From contig JAUMXX010000001.1 in NCBI GenBank assembly GCA_030535285.1, forward strand, positions 1 to 62,075: a stretch of DNA of 62,075 bases, in the 5' to 3' direction. Each line of letters begins with the position of its first letter. Positions within the stretch are counted from its first letter, which is position 1. Position numbers and translations under genes: made by a program. The DNA is from a bacterium. GTDB lineage: Bacteria; Bacillota; Clostridia; Oscillospirales; Acutalibacteraceae. This document shows positions 1 through 9,772 of the stretch, one piece after another. The notes beneath the pieces were generated by a model, which saw only the letters and a program-made list of their open reading frames with translations, ran no database searches and was not told the DNA's origin.

Positions 1-113
1 AGTCCTTTAGGAAACTGCTGGGGTATCAACGAAAATTTTTGCATACAAAATCCCGGAATAATCATCAAAAACAGCATTACAACACAGTAAACAAGTTTTG
101 AAAATTCAATCAT
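1..113 (-). CDS. N-terminal fragment of a membrane protein (possibly an AEC-type permease), truncated by the window edge
   Basis: The reverse strand has an ATG at 113-111 preceded by GGTGGGAG. The translation MIEFSKLVYCVVMLFLMIIPGFCMQKF... is hydrophobic. It is too short for the ORF track. Confidence 0.35.
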   Translation of the reverse strand, partial: MIEFSKLVYCVVMLFLMIIPGFCMQKFSLIPQQFPKG

Positions 114-139
114 AAACTCCCACCAAACCACCAATATTT

Positions 140-745
140 TTATCTGATTTCACCGATAACTTCTACTATGCCACTTCTTGCGTAAAGTGACGGCGTTACC
201 CTTATCGTGTATCCGCAGCCTGCGGCACAGGTCCATTCTACACTCTTTTTCTGTGGTAATCCGCAAAGCGAAAGCAACTGCATTATCACTCCGCCATGCA
301 TTATAACAGCCGCCACGGTATTCGGACTTTTTGATAAATCCCAAATCACCTTATTGAGTCCAACGCAAATTCGCTTTGAAAACTCACCGAAATCTTCACC
401 GTTAGGCAGCGACGATATTTTCCCCGCTGTCCACAACCGAAACTGCTGATCGTTTTCTAACTCTTGCGCCGTTTTGCCTTCAAAATCACCAAAGTCCAAT
501 TCCCGTAACTGTTCTATCTCTGTAATTTCTCGTCCCGGATATATACACTCTGCTGTCATTATGCATCTTTTCATCGGACTTGAATAAACCTTTTCAACTT
601 CGGGATAAATTCCTTCATCCTTTAATGCTTTCAATGAAATTATACCATTTGTAGTAATTGGAACATCTGTAGACCCTACATATTGACCTTTTTCGTTGGC
701 AATTGTAATACCGTGTCGAATTAAATGTATTTTATAGCACTTCAA
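140..745 (-). CDS. histidine phosphatase (phosphoglycerate mutase/CobC-like) family protein
   Basis: The N-terminus reads IHLIRHGITIAN, containing the RHG catalytic motif, and a downstream H (MHGGV) fits the family. Length is 201 aa. Confidence 0.8.
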   Translation of the reverse strand: MKCYKIHLIRHGITIANEKGQYVGSTDVPITTNGIISLKALKDEGIYPEVEKVYSSPMKRCIMTAECIYPGREITEIEQLRELDFGDFEGKTAQELENDQQFRLWTAGKISSLPNGEDFGEFSKRICVGLNKVIWDLSKSPNTVAAVIMHGGVIMQLLSLCGLPQKKSVEWTCAAGCGYTIRVTPSLYARSGIVEVIGEIR

Positions 746-899
746 AAACCTTCTCCTCCGTAAAAAAAATTACATTTCGTATAAAAAAATCTGTACAAAT
801 CCAATTTTTTGTATTATAATGTTCAAGCACGCAACCTATACTGTATGAATTTTGGTCACTAACGCTTAGCAGTTTAATAAAAAAGGATTGGTTAAACTT

Positions 900-1232
900 A
901 TGAATAAAAAATTTCCGGAAATAATTGCAGCACTGCGAAAATCAAAAGGAATAACGCAAAAAAAAGCCGCTGCAGATCTTCACATTTCACAAGCCTTACT
1001 ATCACACTATGAAAAGGGAATAAGGGAATGCGGACTTGACTTTTTAGTAAAGCTCGGAGATTATTATTCCGTGAGTTGCGATTTCCTGCTGGGCAGAACA
1101 GAACAAGACAACAATTCGCATTTTCCCGATGAAAATATTACCGACCTGTTGCAACAGTTGTTGGAATACAGTAACAAGGCCTCCGAAATTGCAACCTCTG
1201 CCCAAACACTGATTAAAACCAACCTTAAATAA
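900..1232 (+). CDS. XRE-family helix-turn-helix transcriptional regulator
   Basis: The segment GITQKKAAADLHISQALLSHYEKG is a typical Cro/C1 HTH. The ATG at 900 sits 12 nt after AAAGGA, whereas the TTG at 888 used by the ORF track has no spacing to an RBS. Confidence 0.75.
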   Translation: MNKKFPEIIAALRKSKGITQKKAAADLHISQALLSHYEKGIRECGLDFLVKLGDYYSVSCDFLLGRTEQDNNSHFPDENITDLLQQLLEYSNKASEIATSAQTLIKTNLK

Positions 1233-1294
1233 TACCAAAACATCTAATTTATAAAGCAACCGATTGTGTCACCCACGTCGGATGCTTTATTTTT

Positions 1295-3100
1295 TTATTC
1301 GTCCAACTTAAGTACCGCCATAAAAGCCTCCTGCGGAACCTCCACGCTTCCTAAAGACCTCATGCGTTTTTTACCCTCTTTTTGCTTTTCAAGCAACTTC
1401 TTTTTTCGGGTTATATCACCACCGTAGCACTTTGCCAAAACATCCTTGCGCAAGGCTTTTACCGTTTCACGAGCTATGATCTTTCCACCTACGGCAACCT
1501 GTATAGGCACCTCAAACAGTTGTCTCGGAATATACTCCTTCAAACGCTCGGCTATACGCCTAGCCCGATTGTACGCGTTATCTGAATGAACTATAAACGA
1601 AAGCGCATCTACAATATCGCCTGCAAGCATAACGTCGAGTTTTACCAACTTGGATTTTTCATAGCCTTTTATCTCATAATCATAACTGGCATAACCCTTT
1701 GTTCTGGATTTAAGTGCATCAAAGAAATCGTAAACGATTTCGCCCACAGGCATAACATAGTGAATGTCGACACGCTCGCCCATATAACTCATACCGATAT
1801 ATTCGCCCCTGCGTTCTTGGCACAATCCCATTATTGCACCGACAAATTCGCTCGGAGCATAAATATTAACATCAGCCATCGGCTCATAGGCATCAATTAT
1901 TGTTGCCGGGTCGGGATAATTGGTAGGGTTGTCAATAGACACCGTTTCACCGGTTGACAAATCAAATCGGTAAACGACACTCGGAGCTGTTGTTACAAGA
2001 TCCAGGTTGTATTCCCGTTCAAGTCGCTCCTGAATAATCTCCATATGCAAAAGACCCAGGAAACCACATCTGAAACCGAATCCCAATGCGCTGCTGGTTT
2101 CGGCTTCAAACAAAAGCGAAGCGTCATTTAATTGAAGTTTTTCAAGTGCCTCGCGCAGATCGGAATACTTGGCTCCGTCGGCCGGATAAACGCCGCAAAA
2201 CACAACCGGATTAACCTTTTTGTATCCCTCAAGCGGTGCAAGTGCCGGTCGTTCGACCGTTGTTATAGTATCACCCACACGGGCGTCAATAACATTTTTA
2301 ATTGATGCTGCAATATATCCTACCTCACCCGTTTTCAGTTGGTCACATGGCACCATACCAGTCGCAAACTTTCTGCCGATTTCAACAATATCGAACTCTG
2401 CGCCTGTCGCCATCATGCGTATCTTTTGTCCGCTTTTTACAGTACCCTCGACAACACGAAAATGTACAATTACCCCTTTATATTGATCATAATACGAATC
2501 GAAAATCAACGCCTTAAGCGGCGCTTGTGAATCACCTGACGGTGCCGGAAAATTAGTCACAATTTTTTCTAAAACTTCGGTTATGTTAACCCCGTTTTTT
2601 GCTGAAATCAGCGGGGCCTCATCTGCCGGTACACCGATTACATCCTCTATTTCACCTTTAACACGTTCCGGCTCTGCGCTGGGTAGATCAATTTTATTTA
2701 TAACCGGAAGTATCTCAAGGTTGTGGTCAACCGCCAAATACGCATTGGCAAGCGTCTGCGCCTCAATTCCCTGTGAAGCATCTATAATCAAAATTGCACC
2801 TTCACAAGCAGCAAGCGACCGCGACACCTCATAGTTGAAATCCACATGCCCCGGTGTGTCTATCAGGTTAAGTTCATATTCAAATCCGTCGGACGCCTTA
2901 TAATACAAAGTGATAGGATGGGCTTTAATTGTTATTCCGCGCTCGCGCTCAAGATCCATACTGTCAAGCAACTGATCCTCCATATCACGAAGTTCAACCG
3001 AATCGGTTAATTCTAAAAGGCGGTCAGCCAAGGTAGACTTGCCATGGTCAATATGCGCAATAATGCAAAAATTTCTGATTCTCTCTATTGGTATATCCAC
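1295..3100 (-). CDS. lepA: translation elongation factor 4 (LepA)
   Basis: It carries the G-domain motifs [14 protein letters not shown] and NKID and a LepA-specific C-terminus ([21 protein letters not shown]). Length is 601 aa with a GTG start. Confidence 0.97.
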   Translation of the reverse strand: MDIPIERIRNFCIIAHIDHGKSTLADRLLELTDSVELRDMEDQLLDSMDLERERGITIKAHPITLYYKASDGFEYELNLIDTPGHVDFNYEVSRSLAACEGAILIIDASQGIEAQTLANAYLAVDHNLEILPVINKIDLPSAEPERVKGEIEDVIGVPADEAPLISAKNGVNITEVLEKIVTNFPAPSGDSQAPLKALIFDSYYDQYKGVIVHFRVVEGTVKSGQKIRMMATGAEFDIVEIGRKFATGMVPCDQLKTGEVGYIAASIKNVIDARVGDTITTVERPALAPLEGYKKVNPVVFCGVYPADGAKYSDLREALEKLQLNDASLLFEAETSSALGFGFRCGFLGLLHMEIIQERLEREYNLDLVTTAPSVVYRFDLSTGETVSIDNPTNYPDPATIIDAYEPMADVNIYAPSEFVGAIMGLCQERRGEYIGMSYMGERVDIHYVMPVGEIVYDFFDALKSRTKGYASYDYEIKGYEKSKLVKLDVMLAGDIVDALSFIVHSDNAYNRARRIAERLKEYIPRQLFEVPIQVAVGGKIIARETVKALRKDVLAKCYGGDITRKKKLLEKQKEGKKRMRSLGSVEVPQEAFMAVLKLDE

Positions 3101-3185
3101 TGCCGTTTCCCCTTTTATCTTTTTATAAACAAGTTGGGTTTGTTAATTTCAAATTACATCTGAAACCATTAATATTTTAAACATT

Positions 3186-3214
3186 AGTATAACATAAACA
3201 CCGGCTTGCTTCAA
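3186..3214 (-). promoter_or_regulatory. sigma-A type promoter upstream of lepA
   Basis: The reverse strand reads TTGAAG-17 nt-TATACT with a TG-extended -10, about 85 nt upstream of the lepA start. Confidence 0.45.
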
Positions 3215-3310
3215 TACAAATTGTTTAATATTACGGCATCTGCCCTTTTTTGCTTTAAACAAAACAAATCACGCCGTTTATTAAAACCCAAACTGTGATC
3301 TGCAAAGTTC

Positions 3311-3360
3311 AAAAAGCAAAAAAGGCACCCTCGGGTGATTAGCAAGTCCCGGGATGCCTT
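3311..3360 (-). terminator. intrinsic terminator after the 78-aa ORF
   Basis: On the reverse strand, AAGGCATCCCGGG...CCCGAGGGTGCCTT forms a hairpin followed by TTTTTTGCTTTTT. Confidence 0.65.
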
Positions 3361-3372
3361 TCAAGAATGATT

Positions 3373-3609
3373 TTAATTTTCTTTGCACTCTTTTTTCTTT
3401 TCCTGATCATATCTGCGCAGTATATCAAGCAATTGTGATGCCTGTTGTGCAAGCGTCTGGGCGTATTCCTCAAACATTTCCCTGAGTTGATCATTGTCTT
3501 CAATTTCGTCGACATACTTTCTGAAATCCCGAACAAGTTCCATAGTATTCTCCCACGCTCTTAACACCCTGTCGCGTGCTGTTATTTTAATCCCGTGTAA
3601 TTCATTCAT
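3373..3609 (-). CDS. small helical hypothetical protein (78 aa)
   Basis: The ORF lies 36 nt downstream of the Rieske/FAD gene on the same strand and is followed by a terminator. It is charged and helix-prone, and I do not recognise a family with confidence. Confidence 0.5.
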   Translation of the reverse strand: MNELHGIKITARDRVLRAWENTMELVRDFRKYVDEIEDNDQLREMFEEYAQTLAQQASQLLDILRRYDQEKKKECKEN

Positions 3610-3645
3610 TTTCTTTTACTCCGTTTCATATTTTAAAAAGTTTAT

Positions 3646-4941
3646 CTATTTGATATCCCCGGTTGCCGGATTGTCGATCAAATTACCGTCTTGAGTAAAT
3701 CTTGAACCGTGGCATGGACAATCCCAACTGTGTTCAAATTTATTCCATTTTAAAGCGCAGCCCAAATGCGGACACCTCTTTTGTGAAAAACTTAAAAGAT
3801 CCGCAACATAATGCGCCATATTTACTGCAAGTTGCGGCCGCAAAATCGTCCTCGAGGGCGAGAACATCTCACAATATGGATTTTTCTTTTCCATTATAAT
3901 ATCCGATAGTATCATTGCGCCAACCATTGAAGAGGTCATGCCCCATTTGTTGAATCCGGTTGTAACATATATATTCTCGGTTAATGCCGAATAATTTCCA
4001 ATGTAGGCAACACCGTCAAGTGTCATACAATCCTGGGTTGCCCAACGGCAGACTTCCTCTGATTCGGGATAATATTTCTTGGCAAAGTCTGTTAAGCCCT
4101 GCCAACCGCCGCCCGAAGTTCCGGTGCGATGCCCGCCACCACCTAGCAACAAGTGTCCGTTATAATTTCTAAACGAAAGCCCGTTTTCCGCCTGATCGAC
4201 ATACATCCCATTTACATCGGGAACATTCTTAAGTGCAACTACATATGATCTGTGCTGATACATCTTCATAAAAAAACTTCCGTGCTTATTGATAAAGGGA
4301 AAATGTGTTGCAACTATTGCTTTTTTAAACTCTATCTTGGAATGTTCAGTAACTGCGGTATCATCCGAAACTTCCAAAACCCGCGTTTGCTCATAAATTT
4401 CCAGTCCGTCTGTAACAGCCGACAAAAACTTTATTGGATTAAACTGTGCTTGATTTTTAAACCGTACCGCCCCTGCAACCGAAAACGGAAGCGGTAACTC
4501 GGACACAAAATCCGCTTTAAAATCCAAGGTGTTAAGTGAAGATAGTTCTTTTTCAATAATGAATCTGTCGGAAAGTGAGTATACAAAAGAATCCTTCTCC
4601 TCAAAATCGCAGTCGATATCTTTGCATAGTTCTCTGAATTTTTGAAGTGCTGCTTGGTTAGCATTAAGATACATTAGGGTTTTTTGTTTTCCGAAACGTC
4701 CTAACAACTTGCTGTAAATCAGCCCATGCTGGATCGTTATCTTGGCTGTTGTGTTTTTAGTAATTTTACTGCAGACTCTATCCGCCTCAACCAAGACACA
4801 CTCAACCCCTGCATCTTTCAACAACCGTGCGCACAAAATTCCTGCTATTCCGCCGCCAATCACAAGCACATCTGTCTTTATATTATTTTTTAGAGGTTCA
4901 AACCTTGGAATATCGGTTTGTCCTGACCATATTGATTCCAT
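3646..4941 (-). CDS. FAD-dependent oxidoreductase fused to a C-terminal Rieske [2Fe-2S] domain (YhfW-like)
   Basis: The N-terminal DVLVIGGGIAG is a dinucleotide-binding motif. The C-terminal CPHLGC...CPCHGSRF is the Rieske CxH/CxxH signature. Confidence 0.85.
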   Translation of the reverse strand: MESIWSGQTDIPRFEPLKNNIKTDVLVIGGGIAGILCARLLKDAGVECVLVEADRVCSKITKNTTAKITIQHGLIYSKLLGRFGKQKTLMYLNANQAALQKFRELCKDIDCDFEEKDSFVYSLSDRFIIEKELSSLNTLDFKADFVSELPLPFSVAGAVRFKNQAQFNPIKFLSAVTDGLEIYEQTRVLEVSDDTAVTEHSKIEFKKAIVATHFPFINKHGSFFMKMYQHRSYVVALKNVPDVNGMYVDQAENGLSFRNYNGHLLLGGGGHRTGTSGGGWQGLTDFAKKYYPESEEVCRWATQDCMTLDGVAYIGNYSALTENIYVTTGFNKWGMTSSMVGAMILSDIIMEKKNPYCEMFSPSRTILRPQLAVNMAHYVADLLSFSQKRCPHLGCALKWNKFEHSWDCPCHGSRFTQDGNLIDNPATGDIK

Positions 4942-5072
4942 AAATCCACCATCCGAAAATATTATTTACCGGGTTTAAAATTATATTCAAACGTCGACCC
5001 GCTTCAACATGTTGACAAGTATTAAAAGCAGAATATAATTACTTATATACCCTATAAAAAGGATGGATTGTT

Positions 5073-5888
5073 TTGAAGAACATCTTCTCTGAAAAATTTT
5101 ACGGAATTCGTAAAAACAATAGGCTTTGTTCAAAAAAAATTGAAAAGCTCGTTTCACAAAACAGCGACCCCGTATCAGTTTTTGTGTATAAAAAAATTGA
5201 TTCTACCAACAGTTTTGCCAAAAAACTGCTCAAATCGGGATTGAAAACTCCGGCAATCATTACAGCAGACACTCAAACCCAAGGACGCGGCAGACTGGGA
5301 CGCAGTTTTTATTCACCCAAGAAAACCGGAATTTATATGTCGGTTATAGTTTTCCCTGATATACAAATATATAACGCCGTTTCGATCACAACAGCGGCAG
5401 CGGTCGCAGTGGTGCGTGCAATCAAACATTTTGCTCCGCTTGATTTAAAAATAAAGTGGGTTAATGATATTTTTCTTAACAATCGTAAAGTATGCGGGAT
5501 TTTAACCGAAACCTCCTCTTCCGGCTTAGATGACACAAACGGTATTATTATAGGAGTAGGGATTAATCTGACAACAACTTCTTTCCCGCAAGATATTGCC
5601 CATTCGGCAACCTCTCTCAATTGCGACTTGATTGAAAGAAACCAACTTGTCGCCCAGATAGCAAAAGAACTTTTTGGGGTCTGCAAAGATTTAAGCGAGC
5701 ATACATATATGGACGAATACCGTAAATATTCACTTGTGCTCGGAAAAGAAATAGAGTATTCAAAAGACGGTAAAAAAACAACCGCAAAGGCAATCGGCGT
5801 AGAGGATGACGGAGGGCTTGTAGTTGAGCACCATGACAAAACAAAAAGCGTTTTAACAAGTGGAGAGATTTCTGTTTCTTTAAAATAA
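5073..5888 (+). CDS. birA: biotin--[acetyl-CoA-carboxylase] ligase, group I (no N-terminal HTH)
   Basis: It has the GRGRLGRSFYSP (GRGRxGR) and KWVNDI motifs. At 271 aa it is too short for a DNA-binding domain. It uses a TTG start. Confidence 0.85.
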   Translation: MKNIFSEKFYGIRKNNRLCSKKIEKLVSQNSDPVSVFVYKKIDSTNSFAKKLLKSGLKTPAIITADTQTQGRGRLGRSFYSPKKTGIYMSVIVFPDIQIYNAVSITTAAAVAVVRAIKHFAPLDLKIKWVNDIFLNNRKVCGILTETSSSGLDDTNGIIIGVGINLTTTSFPQDIAHSATSLNCDLIERNQLVAQIAKELFGVCKDLSEHTYMDEYRKYSLVLGKEIEYSKDGKKTTAKAIGVEDDGGLVVEHHDKTKSVLTSGEISVSLK

Positions 5889-5989
5889 GCAAACTTCTCT
5901 TTATCCAAGAAAATCATATGTGCTTTTTAATTTGACAAAGCCCCGCCTGCATTAATTCTGAACAGGTCCAGTAAAAACGAACAATATAC

Positions 5990-6035
5990 AAAAGCCCCCT
6001 ATTGTAAAACGATACTTACAATAGGGGGTGTCTGT
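5990..6035. terminator. hairpin terminator between convergent birA and the membrane-protein gene
   Basis: A 13-bp perfect stem pairs CCCCCTATTGTAA with TTACAATAGGGGG. The T-run is better on the reverse strand (CTTTTGT). Confidence 0.6.
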
Positions 6036-6061
6036 TGTCGGTTTTGCCGAACCTATTCATT

Positions 6062-6787
6062 TTATTCTTTATTACTGCTTTCTCTCTTGCTTGGGTAGTC
6101 CGAAATCATCTGGCTGATCCAACCCTTGCCGCGCTTAATAGACAGATATCCGGTCGCAGATGCAAGCAGCGCACCCATGCAGTCAACAATTATATCCTTG
6201 ACGGTATCGGTAATCGCAGAGTGTCCCGAAAGCACCGTTTTGTCAGCAAGCATAAACTTTTGCATATTCAGTCCCAAAAAATCATCCGCACAATACTCAT
6301 ATATCTCCCACACTGCCCCGATAGTCACAGCAAAACAGAAGGAAAACAACGCCACAAAAAACGGTGACAATTTTATGCTTGTATGCTCATCACGATTTAA
6401 AAGCGAAACCACCATATAAACGAAAGAACCTGCCATTATAATTCTGAAACAATGCAGGATGACGTCCCAATTTTTAACCGTATAAAAGAAATCTCTGACC
6501 TCACCGAGAAAAATAGCACAATATAAAAATATAATATACATCAAACACAGTGTTGTCGGTATTTCAAACTTAAACTTTTTCTCTAAAATCATCGGGACAT
6601 GTATAACAACAATACCTAAAAGACATTGGATAAGCATCAGCGCATAGTCGGCCCTTGAGCGAAAATACTCCCCGAGGCCGAATATCCTCAGTGTCAAAAA
6701 AACCGCAGGAATTATAAAACTTATCAGCACAATAATATATGCTGTTTTCAAAACTTGTTCCTTGCTTAACGGTCTGATTTTTTTCAA
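6062..6787 (-). CDS. polytopic integral membrane protein, function unknown
   Basis: The 241-aa ORF has about 6 hydrophobic segments. It has clean boundaries and a terminator. Confidence 0.6.
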   Translation of the reverse strand: MKKIRPLSKEQVLKTAYIIVLISFIIPAVFLTLRIFGLGEYFRSRADYALMLIQCLLGIVVIHVPMILEKKFKFEIPTTLCLMYIIFLYCAIFLGEVRDFFYTVKNWDVILHCFRIIMAGSFVYMVVSLLNRDEHTSIKLSPFFVALFSFCFAVTIGAVWEIYEYCADDFLGLNMQKFMLADKTVLSGHSAITDTVKDIIVDCMGALLASATGYLSIKRGKGWISQMISDYPSKRESSNKE

Positions 6788-6829
6788 AACAGAGCCACCT
6801 CAATCCGTTTGTAAAATTTCCATTTTGTG

Positions 6830-6858
6830 TTGACATATACCTACCACAATAGTATACT
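6830..6858 (+). promoter_or_regulatory. sigma-A type promoter for the fucosidase gene
   Basis: TTGACA-17 nt-TATACT lies about 45 nt upstream of the ATG at 6905. Confidence 0.5.
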
Positions 6859-6904
6859 TCTCATGTAATATTTTTTCAATATAAATTAGTTAGAAGGTGC
6901 CGAT

Positions 6905-8188
6905 ATGTCAAGTTACGTTACAAGAAAAACCCCCGGCGATACCTCTTGGTTTGTGCATGATAGGTTCGGAATGTTCATTCACTTCGGTTTGTATTCCTTG
7001 CCCGGAAGACACGAATGGGTTAAATGCAACGAAAGAATGACCGACGAAAAATACGACAAATATTTTGAATATTTCGACCCGGATATGCTGGATATGAAAG
7101 AATGGGCGCGCCAGGCAAAAGCAGCCGGTATGAAATATGCCGTTATTACAACAAAGCATCACGAAGGCTTCTGCCTGTTTGACACAAAATACACCGACTA
7201 CAAAAGCACTAATACAAAATACGGTCGCGACATAATTTCAGATTTTGTTGAGGCTTTCCGCGCAGAAGGAATTCATATCGGTTTTTACTACTCTCTGCTT
7301 GACTGGCATCATCCCGATTTTACCATTGACAAGTTGCACCCGCAACGCGGTGACAGTAACATTGCGGAACAAAACGCAGGCCGTAATATGAAAAACTACA
7401 CCAAATACATGCGCGACCAACTTACCGAACTTCTTACAAATTACGGAAAAATCGAAATTTTATGGCTTGACTTTTGCTATGATACAACACCCCAGGACAG
7501 CGTTGCCGGAAAGGGCGCGGAGGATTGGGAAGCTGAGGAACTTATTAAGACTGTTCGGTCCCTTCAGCCCGATATAATCATTAACAACCGTTCGGGCATT
7601 GACCAAGATTTGTGGACACCTGAACAATGTCAACCAACTTCCTGGATCAAACACGAAGAAACCGGGGAACTTCTTATTTGGGAAGCCTGCCACACCTTTT
7701 CGGGTTCATGGGGATATCACCGTGATGAATCCAAATGGAAAACCCCTAAGATTTTGCTTGAACTGCTGGTTAATACCGTTGCCTATGGCGGTAATCTTAT
7801 TATGAATGTCGGACCTACCGCACGCGGAAATTTTGACCACCGTGCCGAAAACGCTCTTAAGGTATATGCCGACTGGATGAAGTATAACAATAAATCAATA
7901 TACGGATGTACAATGGCAGAACCGGGCATCTCGACCCAAAACGGCTGCCAACTCACCCAAAGCACCGACGGCAAACGGCTTTACATCTTTTTATTGGATT
8001 ACCCGTTTGTTACGGTTAGCGTGGACGGCATAGCTGATAAGGTAGACTATGCACACTTTTTACACGACGGAAGCGAAATTCCTTTCAGAAACAGCAACGA
8101 CAAATCAAAGCCTAACGCTGTGTTCTTCACTATACCGGAGGTTGCACCTAATTCTGTGATTCCGGTCATAGAAGTATTTTTGAAGTAA
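6905..8188 (+). CDS. alpha-L-fucosidase, glycoside hydrolase family 29, cytoplasmic (no signal peptide)
   Basis: The N-terminal WFVHDRFGMFIHFGLYSLPGRHEW is the GH29 hallmark. Length is 427 aa. Confidence 0.88.
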   Translation: MSSYVTRKTPGDTSWFVHDRFGMFIHFGLYSLPGRHEWVKCNERMTDEKYDKYFEYFDPDMLDMKEWARQAKAAGMKYAVITTKHHEGFCLFDTKYTDYKSTNTKYGRDIISDFVEAFRAEGIHIGFYYSLLDWHHPDFTIDKLHPQRGDSNIAEQNAGRNMKNYTKYMRDQLTELLTNYGKIEILWLDFCYDTTPQDSVAGKGAEDWEAEELIKTVRSLQPDIIINNRSGIDQDLWTPEQCQPTSWIKHEETGELLIWEACHTFSGSWGYHRDESKWKTPKILLELLVNTVAYGGNLIMNVGPTARGNFDHRAENALKVYADWMKYNNKSIYGCTMAEPGISTQNGCQLTQSTDGKRLYIFLLDYPFVTVSVDGIADKVDYAHFLHDGSEIPFRNSNDKSKPNAVFFTIPEVAPNSVIPVIEVFLK

Positions 8189-8204
8189 ATTATATTAAGT
8201 ATTT

Positions 8205-8250
8205 TAAAAAAACACCGAATCGGATTTAAAAGCGATTCGGTGTTTTTTTA
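8205..8250. terminator. bidirectional intrinsic terminator (fucosidase / glgA)
   Basis: The stem AACACCGAATCG pairs with CGATTCGGTGTT and is flanked by an A-run and a T-run. Confidence 0.75.
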
Positions 8251-8272
8251 TATGTTTATAACCCCATAAACC

Positions 8273-9694
8273 TTAATCTTTTAAAAGTTGCTTATAAAGT
8301 TTTATATACTCATTTGCCGAACGAGACCAACTGTTATCACATTCCATAGCACGCTTAACAAGAATTTCCCAACCCTCTTTATTGTGATAACCCTTGACCG
8401 CACGCTCGACCGCATACGCCATATCGTCTGCATTATATGATTTAAAGGTAAAACCGTTTCCTTTTCCATCACCGCTGTCAATAATAGTGTCTGCCAATCC
8501 ACCGGTTTCCCTTACTATAGGAATCGAACCGTAGCGCAGTGCTAAAAGTTGAGAGAGTCCGCAAGGCTCACTTTTTGACGGCATCAGAAACATATCCGAT
8601 CCGGCATAGATTTTATGTGCCAGATGCGGCACAAAGCCCAACCTCAACGCTACTTTATCCGGATGGCCTTGAGCCATATTATGAAAAAACGTTTCAAACT
8701 CCCATTCTCCGCTGCCTAAAATAACAATCTGCACATTCAAATCCAGCAGTTTTTCAAAAGCATACTTTACAAGATCGAGTCCTTTATGTGACACAAGTCT
8801 TGTCACCATACCGATAAGCGGAATGTCCTTATCCTCAGGAAGCCCCATAAGTTTTTGAAGCTGTTGTTTGTTTTTGCTCTTGCCGGAAAAATCGTCACTG
8901 CTGTAATTTTCAAATATGTGCGTATCGGTTTCAGGATTGTAAACCTCAGTATCAATCCCGTTTATAATCCCCGATGTTTTCCACCTGCGATCACACAAAA
9001 TACTGTCCAGCCCATGAGAAAACCAAGGATTCAATATCTCGTTAGCATAGGTCGGACTAACCGTCGTGACTCGGTTGGCGCACTCTATACCGCCCTTCAT
9101 CAAGTTAACACAACCGTCATATTCCACCGACTGTGCCTTACCCGTGTCAAGTCCCAAGACATCGCCCATTAATTCCTTGCCGTATTTGCCTTGATACTGA
9201 ATATTGTGGATTGTAAAGACGGTCTTAATGTCGCGATAAAATTCATTATTGCGGTAAAACATATCAAGATACACCGGAACAAGTGCGGTTTGCCAATCAT
9301 TGCAATGTATAACATCGGGTTTGAAATCCAAATGCGGTAAAACCTCAATTACTGCACGGGAAAAAAACGCAAACCTTTCGGCATCATCATAATGACCGTA
9401 AAGCCCGTTCCTTTTAAAATAATACTCATTGTCTATTAAGTAATATATAACCCCATCAATATGCGCCTCAAAAACACCGCAATACTGCTGACGCCACGAA
9501 ACAGGAACCGAAATGCTTGTTACAAATTTTAAGGTGCTTCTCAATTCGTCGCTTAATCCTTCGTAAAGCGGAAGCATCACCCGACACCCGACAAACCTCT
9601 TTCTTAACGCCTTGGGTAAAGCACCCATTACATCCGCAAGCCCGCCCGACATAGCAAAAGGATACGCTTCACTTGCTGCAAATAAAACCTTCAT
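8273..9694 (-). CDS. glgA: glycogen synthase (ADP-glucose type)
   Basis: The N-terminus reads MKVLFAASEAYPFAMSGGLADV and the C-terminal half has the GT5 EPCGLSQL motif. Length is 473 aa. Confidence 0.95.
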   Translation of the reverse strand: MKVLFAASEAYPFAMSGGLADVMGALPKALRKRFVGCRVMLPLYEGLSDELRSTLKFVTSISVPVSWRQQYCGVFEAHIDGVIYYLIDNEYYFKRNGLYGHYDDAERFAFFSRAVIEVLPHLDFKPDVIHCNDWQTALVPVYLDMFYRNNEFYRDIKTVFTIHNIQYQGKYGKELMGDVLGLDTGKAQSVEYDGCVNLMKGGIECANRVTTVSPTYANEILNPWFSHGLDSILCDRRWKTSGIINGIDTEVYNPETDTHIFENYSSDDFSGKSKNKQQLQKLMGLPEDKDIPLIGMVTRLVSHKGLDLVKYAFEKLLDLNVQIVILGSGEWEFETFFHNMAQGHPDKVALRLGFVPHLAHKIYAGSDMFLMPSKSEPCGLSQLLALRYGSIPIVRETGGLADTIIDSGDGKGNGFTFKSYNADDMAYAVERAVKGYHNKEGWEILVKRAMECDNSWSRSANEYIKLYKQLLKD

Positions 9695-9772
9695 AAAAAC
9701 ACCCCCACCTTTTCACAAAAAACAAACTACCGTACACGGTATTATAATCTATACGGTCTGTTTTAGATATTG

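Noticed and set aside
5333-5917. A 194-aa reverse-strand ORF.
   Set aside because: It lies entirely antisense to birA, which has clear family motifs. Its composition is low-complexity and Ser-rich, typical of shadow ORFs.
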